A model generated the notes under the pieces. The model searched no databases, was not told where the DNA came from, and saw nothing but the letters and a program-made list of their open reading frames with translations. From IMG/VR virus record IMGVR_UViG_3300044971_002243: 64,000 nucleotides of DNA; one strand, given 5' to 3'. Source of the DNA: an uncultured virus (IMG/VR IMGVR_UViG_3300044971_002243) (lineage: Duplodnaviria; Heunggongvirae; Uroviricota; Caudoviricetes). Every line of letters starts with the position of its first letter. The first letter of the stretch is position 1. A program made the translations under genes and the position numbers. Positions 56,853 to 64,000 of the stretch are shown piece by piece.

Positions 56853-57369
56853 TATGGATGGAGTTCTATGTGACTTTCATAAACGTTACAAAGAACTGTT
56901 TAGTAAAGAACCAACATATCAAAGACCTAAAGGTGAAACAAGGACACGAGAGTTTGATGAATTTATAGAAGATAGCCACTTCGAAAGTCTTGATTGGCAG
57001 CCAGGTGGTAAAGAATTGTATGAATTCGTTACTTCATTAGAAGTTCCAGTAGAGATTCTTTCATCGTCAGGCGGTAAAACACGACACGACGAAGTAAAGA
57101 AACAGAAGAAAGTTTGGCTAAAACGCAACAGTGTTAATATACCAGCCAATATAGTTCCTGGTCGTGCATTTAAAGCCGACTATGCAAAACCCAATTTTAT
57201 CTTAATTGACGATACACAAGATGTTATTGATGATTTCAATATGGCAGGTGGTATTGGAATTCATCACACAGATGCGGCAAAAACGATAGCAATCATTAAA
57301 TCGCTACTTGACGATAGCTATATAGATGTATATAATGAATCATGTGAACAAGATGCACATACAAACTAA
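56827..57369 (+). CDS. HAD-family 5'(3')-deoxyribonucleotidase-like protein
   Basis: DMDGVLCDF, K..WL and LIDD motifs. Confidence 0.8.
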   Translation: MQIRKIYLDMDGVLCDFHKRYKELFSKEPTYQRPKGETRTREFDEFIEDSHFESLDWQPGGKELYEFVTSLEVPVEILSSSGGKTRHDEVKKQKKVWLKRNSVNIPANIVPGRAFKADYAKPNFILIDDTQDVIDDFNMAGGIGIHHTDAAKTIAIIKSLLDDSYIDVYNESCEQDAHTN

Positions 57370-57392
57370 TACAATTTTATACGGAGTAAAAC

Positions 57393-58265
57393 ATGTCTGA
57401 TTTTTCCAGTCTTAAACGCAATCGCAATTCGTTTGACAAACTTACCAAAGCGATTGAATCAATCAACACAGTAACAACAGAAAATTCCAAGGAAGACAAC
57501 AGATTCTGGCAACCAGAGGTAGACAAAGCTGGTAATGGAATGGCAGTCATTCGATTCCTTCCGGGTCCTGCTGCTGATGGTGATGAAGCACTTCCTTGGG
57601 TACGTGTATTCAATCACGGTTTTCAAGGACCAGGTGGTTGGTATATCGAAAACTCTTTGACTACACTCAATCAAAAAGACCCAGTTTCAGAATATAATTC
57701 TGTTCTTTGGAATTCTGGTATTGAAGCAAACAAAGAAATTGCACGTAAGCAAAAACGCCGTTTGACTTATATTTCAAACGTTCTGATTGTTTCTGACCCA
57801 AAGAATCCAGAAAACGAAGGTCAAATCAAACTGTACAAGTTTGGTAAAAAAATCTTTGACAAGATTAGTGAAGCAATGAATCCTGAGTTTGAAGATGAAA
57901 CGCCATTGAATCCATTTGACTTGTGGGAAGGTGCTAACTTCAAAATCAAGATTCGTCAAGTTGAAGGCTATCGTAATTATGATAAATCTGAGTTTGACAA
58001 GCCTTCTGCTTTGTTTGATGGTGATGATGCAAAACTTGAAGAGTTGTGGAAGAAAGAATACTCACTCAAAGAGTTTCTTGATCCTAAGAACTTCAAGCCT
58101 TATGATGTGTTGAAAGCAAAACTTGATAAAGTGTTGGGTCTTGATGGCGCTGCACCAGTGTCTAAAGCTAAAGCTGTTGATGAGAACTTTACACCAAAGA
58201 CATCACCAGATTTGGATGAAGATGAAGAACTTGATTATTTCAAGTCACTAGCTTCAGAAGAATAA
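57393..58265 (+). CDS. gp32: single-stranded DNA-binding protein
   Basis: GNGMAVIRFLP, WYIENS, YKFGKKIFDK and NYDKSEF motifs. Acidic tail. Promoter TTGACG-17-TATAAT at 57308-57336. Confidence 0.95.
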   Translation: MSDFSSLKRNRNSFDKLTKAIESINTVTTENSKEDNRFWQPEVDKAGNGMAVIRFLPGPAADGDEALPWVRVFNHGFQGPGGWYIENSLTTLNQKDPVSEYNSVLWNSGIEANKEIARKQKRRLTYISNVLIVSDPKNPENEGQIKLYKFGKKIFDKISEAMNPEFEDETPLNPFDLWEGANFKIKIRQVEGYRNYDKSEFDKPSALFDGDDAKLEELWKKEYSLKEFLDPKNFKPYDVLKAKLDKVLGLDGAAPVSKAKAVDENFTPKTSPDLDEDEELDYFKSLASEE

Positions 58266-58290
58266 TCTCCTTTATCTTTTATTCTTCTGG

Positions 58291-58318
58291 AATCCCCGCT
58301 TCGGCGGGGATTTTTTTA
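58291..58318 (+). terminator. intrinsic terminator
   Basis: AATCCCCGC-TTCG-GCGGGGATTTTTTT. Confidence 0.9.
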
Positions 58319-60874
58319 TATAGTTTGTCTTTCAATTAAAAACTTAATAGCCTTTGCTTCTCTTTCACGAAGGTCACCACCTGGTCTACTGAATGTATTG
58401 TTTTGATTTATCACTGTAGATAAATCTGTAAATGATGGGCGACCCTTTATAAACAAATCTTCAAGAACTCTTAATCCTGATGCTAATTGATTTGATGCCG
58501 CATCTAAAATTTGACCACCAGTTTGTGAAGCTTGATTCATTGCGGGTCCTACTGTGCCAGCTGCACCCTTAACATCTTCAACTGCATTTGATGCCATATT
58601 TTTAATAACACTAGCTTCTCTTCCACCACGAATTGCTGTAGCAATTGTAAATCCTTCTTTAGGATGTTTTTGTGAAGATACTTCACCATGTCCATAACTT
58701 TCTGATTTTGGAAAACCATATTTTTTAGCAAGTTGTTCTTCTAGTGCTGATGCAGCGGCTAATTGTTCGGGTGTAACGTCGGTATCATCTTTAGCAACCA
58801 TTGAAATACTAACAGTGTTAGAATTATTCAACTCTGGTTTTTTATTTGTGTGTCCGGCATGCCAACCAACTAAATTGTCTGGTAAAACATTTACGATTCT
58901 ACCATCACGGTCAACCAAATAATGATATGATAGTTTTCTGCTCTGTAAAGTTTTTATTGCGACATCTAATCCTCTTCCGCCCGTATGATGTATGATTACA
59001 CCTTTCGTTGACGTTCTAGGTCCACCAAAACCTAGACCATCAACTTTGCGACTCTCTACGTTAGTAGAAACGTTGGGCGCAGAAACAGCAGTAGGCGTTG
59101 TCATCGATGCTGCTGGCGCTGTTGGCGATGAAGATGCTGCAGGTGCGGATGCGGGTGCAGGCGATGGTGAAGACGACGGTGCAGAAGTTGATGTAGAAGA
59201 TGCTTTTGGTCCGGAAGATGGTGTGGAAGATGCTGTAGAAGATGTTGTAGAAGATGCTGTTGTGGCCGCAGGTGTAGGTGCAGGTCCTGTTGTTGGTGTA
59301 GCAACTGGCGCAGCGACTGGTGTTGGTGTTGTATCTGGATTATCTTTTAACCAGCTTTCAACTTCAGCTTTGATTTCTGGATAATAACCACCATCTTGTT
59401 TTTCACCATCTGTAGATACAAATAAGAGTTCATAAATTCCATAAAACATCATTAATGCGTCATAAGCAGCTAGAACTACCATTATTGCTGTAACAACTCC
59501 TCCTGTGGCTACTCCAGCTGCTGCCATCGCTACTCTTGACATTAATAGAGCTGCCTTTTCTCCTAATTTTGCTGCTATTCTTGTTCCTATTTTTTTCAAT
59601 ATTCTAGGATTTTTGCCAATAGCTTTAAATATTCTACCCGTAGACTCAATTCGTTTCTTAGCCCAACTTTTAAGGCTATCTAAAGTCTCTAAACCTAGAC
59701 TTTTGGCTTTTTTGATGACTCTTTCACCAAAATCAGTAATCTTACCAAAAACTTTCTTTGCGCCTTCTTTTAAATCACTATATACTTCACCAATTTTTTT
59801 TGTAGTTTTTTCATATCCTTCTTTAATAGAATCTTTAAAACTTTTTTCTTTTGGCATTTCAGCTTTTGGTTTACCTTTACCTTTTCTATCTCCGTCAGGT
59901 AAGTCTAAACAATCACATGCTGAATTTTTAAGGTCTTGAAAACTCATACCCATGAGTTGTTTGCCCTTTTCTCTCAAATAAAAAGCAAATACTGTCCACG
60001 CCGCAGCTAATGCTCCCATTTTTGCAACCCATAATAAACCATCATGAAGAAGTGTAGAACTTTTACCCGTTTCTGGATCTTTAAACTCTGTCGTAAATAG
60101 TGTAGAAATAAAACTCCACGCTGCAACAAATATTTCTTTTAATCCATCTGATATTCTAGGATCAATTCCACCAGAAAAAATTGACCCTAATGTTTGAAGT
60201 GAGAGAACTAAAGCATTTTTTATTTCCATAAAAACATCAAATGTTGATTGTTTAATTGTTTCCCAATTATCCATAACCAACTTTGATATGATTTCATAAG
60301 ATGCTTTTATTCCTGCAACAACGGCTTTGAATACTGCAACAACAACATTTTTAAGAGTTTCCAATACCTCACTGTCACGCAGTAAACTAATTACAAGCGT
60401 TGCAGACGCTACAATTAAAGTTCCTAGAAATTTGAAAAAACCGACTGCTAAATTGTAGAGAGACTGTTGAACATTGGAATCTGAAAACACATCACGAACA
60501 AATGAAATTGTTTTTTTAATCAAATCAACTATTGAAGATAGGGAATCTTTAACAAATTTAAAGATGTATTCACCAATACCCGATTTTTTTATTATTGAAA
60601 ATAAGCCTGATATACCAACAAAAACAAAAAGCGTTTTCATTATTCCAGAGAGTCCACTTATGATACTCATTAAAGATAATTGTGAACTATCTTTTGGTGA
60701 TATTTTTCTTACTTGAGTTGGTTTCTGAAATCTAGATTTATAAGATTGTTGTTTTGCACGTGTATCATCAAACTTCTTTTGAAGTTTTTCTTGCTCTTTT
60801 ACTTTTACAATCTTTAAAATATTTGATTGTACTTGTTTAAAACTCAAAGCAACTGAAGCTAAAGCTGGAATCAT
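58316..60874 (-). CDS. tape-measure/baseplate-hub-like virion protein with N-acetylmuramoyl-L-alanine amidase domain
   Basis: Long amphipathic helical region, P/S/T linker, then IIHHTGG, SYHYLVDRDG, WHAG and GH..V..K motifs. Confidence 0.75.
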   Translation of the reverse strand: MIPALASVALSFKQVQSNILKIVKVKEQEKLQKKFDDTRAKQQSYKSRFQKPTQVRKISPKDSSQLSLMSIISGLSGIMKTLFVFVGISGLFSIIKKSGIGEYIFKFVKDSLSSIVDLIKKTISFVRDVFSDSNVQQSLYNLAVGFFKFLGTLIVASATLVISLLRDSEVLETLKNVVVAVFKAVVAGIKASYEIISKLVMDNWETIKQSTFDVFMEIKNALVLSLQTLGSIFSGGIDPRISDGLKEIFVAAWSFISTLFTTEFKDPETGKSSTLLHDGLLWVAKMGALAAAWTVFAFYLREKGKQLMGMSFQDLKNSACDCLDLPDGDRKGKGKPKAEMPKEKSFKDSIKEGYEKTTKKIGEVYSDLKEGAKKVFGKITDFGERVIKKAKSLGLETLDSLKSWAKKRIESTGRIFKAIGKNPRILKKIGTRIAAKLGEKAALLMSRVAMAAAGVATGGVVTAIMVVLAAYDALMMFYGIYELLFVSTDGEKQDGGYYPEIKAEVESWLKDNPDTTPTPVAAPVATPTTGPAPTPAATTASSTTSSTASSTPSSGPKASSTSTSAPSSSPSPAPASAPAASSSPTAPAASMTTPTAVSAPNVSTNVESRKVDGLGFGGPRTSTKGVIIHHTGGRGLDVAIKTLQSRKLSYHYLVDRDGRIVNVLPDNLVGWHAGHTNKKPELNNSNTVSISMVAKDDTDVTPEQLAAASALEEQLAKKYGFPKSESYGHGEVSSQKHPKEGFTIATAIRGGREASVIKNMASNAVEDVKGAAGTVGPAMNQASQTGGQILDAASNQLASGLRVLEDLFIKGRPSFTDLSTVINQNNTFSRPGGDLREREAKAIKFLIERQTI

Positions 60875-60875
60875 T

Positions 60876-63140
60876 TTATGATTTTCTCATTCTGGATAAA
60901 AGATTTTCATCATGTACAGATGGTGTTTTTTCGTCCATAGCAACGTTGTCTGTTGTACTTACATTTTTAGATGCATCAGCAAAAATTGGAGTTGAAAATG
61001 CTTCCAAGAAACTTTTATCTCTTAGAAGTGCTTGAAGTTCAGTAGATGCTAACCCAAGTTTTCCTCCAGTAGCTTTATCTAAATCTGTTAATCCAGTTGA
61101 TAAAGCACCTACCAATGTGCTTATCGCACTTCCTCCATCAGTTTTATTCTCTGTGTCCGATGAGGGTGACGATTTTGGCTCTTGAGGCTGCATTGAAGGC
61201 GAAGCCATATCAGGAGCTGTTGCTGCTGCGGCTTGTGTTGGTATAGATTTGCTTGGTCTCTGTTCGTTTGGCGTGGAAGAAGCTACTGTTGTGGGTGAGC
61301 CACCAGTCAATAGGGGATCATAACCCCTAAAAATATCTGCACGTAAATCTGCATGTTTAGCATGATGTTTACTTTCTACCATCACACCATTTTTTTGATA
61401 TGTTCTTGCTTTCTGCTGAATTATCTGTGCTGCTTTATTCATATCGCCCGATTTGATTGCATCAGCAAGGTCTTTTGTAATTAAGCCTGGACCCCCAGCA
61501 AAACTTAAATCCATTAATGCATATTGTTGCATAGGATTCAGACCACTCCAAACATCTTGACCAGCAAGTTTGTTTATCTGTCTTTTTGCTCCATTTGCGT
61601 GATTCATTACATCCTGAATGTACAAGTCTTTGACTTGTTGTTCAGTTAAAGGTGTGTTTCTGTCTGCTTTAACGAATCTACCACCAATAAACACACCACC
61701 TTTGTCTTGTTCTTCTTTACTTAACTTGTGTCCTATGCCAATTGTATCTGTTCCACCTTCTGGACTAGCGTAAGCCAATGTTCTGAAACCTTCACGTTTC
61801 TTTTTACGCTCAAATTCCATGCCAATATATTCTTCAAGTGATTTGGGCATACCCGCAGGATTTTGATTCACTGGTCGTGACGGTGTTGGTGATGGACTCG
61901 GTGATGGACTCGGTGATGGTGCCGGTGAGGGCGATGGTCCGGGTGATGGACTTGGTGATGGACTTGGTGAAGGTCCTGGACCAGTTGGTCTGTCTGTTCT
62001 GTCTGGCGTCATTGCGTCATATGCAGTATAAGCAACACCCGCAACTACGCCTAGACCCATAAGCTTATCTACTCTGGAGTATCCTGATTTTTTACCGGGT
62101 ACATTACCACCTTTTCCGCCACCACCGCCACCGCCACCGCCACCTAAACCAGCGGCTTTCATGCCCGCTCCCTGCAATGAACCAATAAAAAATTGCATAG
62201 CACCTTGAAGCACAGCAGTTGCTACTGCTAATCCAATGAGTGCTTGCTTTAGAGTGACTTTTCCACCTTCCCATTCAAATATGGGCATGTTCATCACTTC
62301 ACCGATGAAATTCAGAATAGCGTTTACAATGTATTGGAACTGTTTTTTAACTTCTTCGTTGCTCACAATATTTTGACCAATTTTTAAAGCGCCAACGATT
62401 ACGTCTTTAATGACCAAGAATACGCTTATAGCACCTTCTTTTAGTGCATCGGAGTTTTCTGATAGAAGATTTTTGGTTACACTGTATGCAGCTTTAATAG
62501 CATTTGCAATTCCACTGATAATTGCTACAATAACACCACTAATTGTTTGTTGATTTTCAGGATCACTTACAAACTTACTGAAGAAGTTTGCGCCAGAAAC
62601 AATAGCATCACCAATAAATTTAAAAACAGATTTTGCTACATTAAAAATTGAATTTATAACTTCTTGGTCATTTAATATATTTCGAATGAAAGACATCCCT
62701 TTTTGAAGAACATCTGATATATTGATGATTAATTTTTTAGTCAAATCTGTTATGGTACCCATAACATCAGACATATTCAGAAGCTTTGAGATTCCTATTG
62801 ATGCTAATCCAACCAAAGCAAACTTGAAGATACCAGAAAGAACATCTTTTATCATTTCCAAAAAAGATTTTTTATCTTCTTTGACTATATTTTTTTCAAC
62901 TTTTGTTGGACCCTTTTTATATTTTGCAGCATAATCATCGGCTCTCTGTCTTTGACGAGCGACCGCACTGGCTTTCTTCTCATCTTCAAAAAGTTTGGTA
63001 AGTTTTAAGACACTTATTTTTAATAAAGAAACGTCTTTTGCAAGTGTCTCAAGTGTCTTTTCAGTTTTTACTTTAAAAGATGGATTATTGGGATCTGTAA
63101 TAAATTTTCCGGTTTTTGGATCTCTTAATTGATTTGCCAT
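60876..63140 (-). CDS. tape-measure/baseplate-hub-like virion protein with GH24 lysozyme domain
   Basis: Long helical region, PS-repeat linker, then REGFR..AY..P....TIGIGH and ALMDLSF motifs. Confidence 0.75.
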   Translation of the reverse strand: MANQLRDPKTGKFITDPNNPSFKVKTEKTLETLAKDVSLLKISVLKLTKLFEDEKKASAVARQRQRADDYAAKYKKGPTKVEKNIVKEDKKSFLEMIKDVLSGIFKFALVGLASIGISKLLNMSDVMGTITDLTKKLIINISDVLQKGMSFIRNILNDQEVINSIFNVAKSVFKFIGDAIVSGANFFSKFVSDPENQQTISGVIVAIISGIANAIKAAYSVTKNLLSENSDALKEGAISVFLVIKDVIVGALKIGQNIVSNEEVKKQFQYIVNAILNFIGEVMNMPIFEWEGGKVTLKQALIGLAVATAVLQGAMQFFIGSLQGAGMKAAGLGGGGGGGGGGKGGNVPGKKSGYSRVDKLMGLGVVAGVAYTAYDAMTPDRTDRPTGPGPSPSPSPSPSPGPSPSPAPSPSPSPSPSPTPSRPVNQNPAGMPKSLEEYIGMEFERKKKREGFRTLAYASPEGGTDTIGIGHKLSKEEQDKGGVFIGGRFVKADRNTPLTEQQVKDLYIQDVMNHANGAKRQINKLAGQDVWSGLNPMQQYALMDLSFAGGPGLITKDLADAIKSGDMNKAAQIIQQKARTYQKNGVMVESKHHAKHADLRADIFRGYDPLLTGGSPTTVASSTPNEQRPSKSIPTQAAAATAPDMASPSMQPQEPKSSPSSDTENKTDGGSAISTLVGALSTGLTDLDKATGGKLGLASTELQALLRDKSFLEAFSTPIFADASKNVSTTDNVAMDEKTPSVHDENLLSRMRKS

Positions 63141-63143
63141 TTT

Positions 63144-63347
63144 TTATTTACCAGATTGTCTTCTTTCTTCTTTTACTCTTTCTGCTTCTTCGTTCAAATG
63201 TTTGATTAACAAATCTATGTAAACTTGTCTTTCCCAAGGTATCAAATTATCCAATTCAGTCAAACTATATTTGTGATGCTGCATCAAAGCAAAGTTAGTT
63301 TGAAAGTAATTACCTAATGTCTCATGACTAAATGTTATACGAAAAAA
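63144..63347 (-). CDS. gp51: gp51-like baseplate-hub/tail assembly chaperone segment, probably reached by -1 frameshift
   Basis: NYFQTNFALMQHHKYSLTEL.N.IPWER motif. No ATG/GTG between the slip site and the conserved block. Confidence 0.7.
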   Translation of the reverse strand, partial: FFRITFSHETLGNYFQTNFALMQHHKYSLTELDNLIPWERQVYIDLLIKHLNEEAERVKEERRQSGK

Positions 63348-64000
63348 CTTTGGACGCCTTCCAAAGTGATGTCTTCGTCGTAACCGCATTTATCGCAATG
63401 AAAGTGAACATCTTTTTTCAGTTTAGGCAATGATGTAAAAAATGCAGAGAGTTTTTCTAAATCACCCTGTTTCATATTTTCAACAAATTCAACAAGTTCT
63501 TCTTTTCGTGTATCTTTAGCGTAGTAAACTTGTTCATCATCATAAATGTAATCAATACATGAAACAATTACGTTTAAAATCTGTTGCATATCTTGACCGT
63601 CTAAGTCATTACTATCAATTGAGCCAAATGTAGGATACTTTAAAACAACACCAATTTTGTCTGTAATCTGTATCTTGTTAGAGTGATTTTCATTTCTTGT
63701 TGGAGTAATCTCTAAAACATTAACATCAATTTTTACCAAATTGCCACATTTCTTCTCTTCACCTTTTTCCATTACATCATTATTACAATTGAATCTTAGA
63801 TTTACGACCTCTCCGATTGATCTTGCACGAAGTTGTAAAAACAAATATTCAATGTCAAAAGTGGCCATGTTATCAATATCGATATCGTCAAGCACACAGT
63901 TTCTTAAAACTTGTTTGATGGCATTGATCGTATCTTTAGGCTCACTTGTCTCTGCTGCCATCAAAAATATTTTCTGTTCTTTTACCAGAAAAGGTCTAAA
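63335..64000 (-). CDS. gp26: gp26-like baseplate hub/assembly protein, 5'-truncated by window edge
   Basis: FRPFLVKE, FDIEYLFLQLRARSIGE, LKYP, C..C and LEGVQSFF motifs. Confidence 0.85.
   Translation of the reverse strand, partial: FRPFLVKEQKIFLMAAETSEPKDTINAIKQVLRNCVLDDIDIDNMATFDIEYLFLQLRARSIGEVVNLRFNCNNDVMEKGEEKKCGNLVKIDVNVLEITPTRNENHSNKIQITDKIGVVLKYPTFGSIDSNDLDGQDMQQILNVIVSCIDYIYDDEQVYYAKDTRKEELVEFVENMKQGDLEKLSAFFTSLPKLKKDVHFHCDKCGYDEDITLEGVQSFFV

Noticed and set aside
58992..59939. Plus-strand ORFs 58992-59384 and 59505-59939
   Set aside because: They are antisense shadows of the low-complexity linker and helical region of the 852-aa minus-strand gene.
61870..62150. Tandem GGTGATGGACTC and CCACCG repeats as a possible CRISPR or VNTR
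   Set aside because: They encode the Pro-Ser and poly-Gly linkers of the minus-strand tail protein. There are no unique spacers.
1..64000. Stop-codon reassignment (alternative genetic code)
   Set aside because: Core genes are full length in code 11 and there is no suppressor tRNA (no CTA, TTA or TCA anticodon). The TAA, TAG and TGA anticodons are Leu, Leu and Ser.

Overview
64 kb of a large T4-like (myovirus) bacteriophage genome in the standard genetic code. The host is probably a betaproteobacterium, inferred from the PqqA peptide and the ANDELYALAA tmRNA tag. In order, the window holds: putative capsid-internal proteins; a lysis cassette (spanins, GH19 endolysin); primase, thyX, nrdA, thioredoxin and nrdB; a pstS + phosphate-porin operon; an early region of many small ORFs behind near-consensus sigma70 promoters; 25 tRNA genes covering all 20 amino acids; rubrerythrin and pqqA; RNase H; nucleotide-sugar genes; clpP; a circularly permuted (two-piece) tmRNA; gp33/gp59/gp32; and, on the minus strand, tail/baseplate genes. 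The most striking unannotated element is a 31-codon leader peptide (36225-36320) containing all 20 amino acids in 28 different codons. It is coupled to mutually exclusive antiterminator/terminator hairpins directly upstream of the main tRNA array, and looks like a pan-amino-acid (tRNA-depletion-sensing) attenuator. Other highlights: a protease-site-punctuated polyprotein with an embedded HicA-like RNase module, a SAM-lyase-like protein with a capsid-targeting-like N-terminus, a likely -1 frameshift joining the gp26-like and gp51-like ORFs, and several unexplained structured RNAs. All product calls come from motif recognition by eye; no database searches were run.
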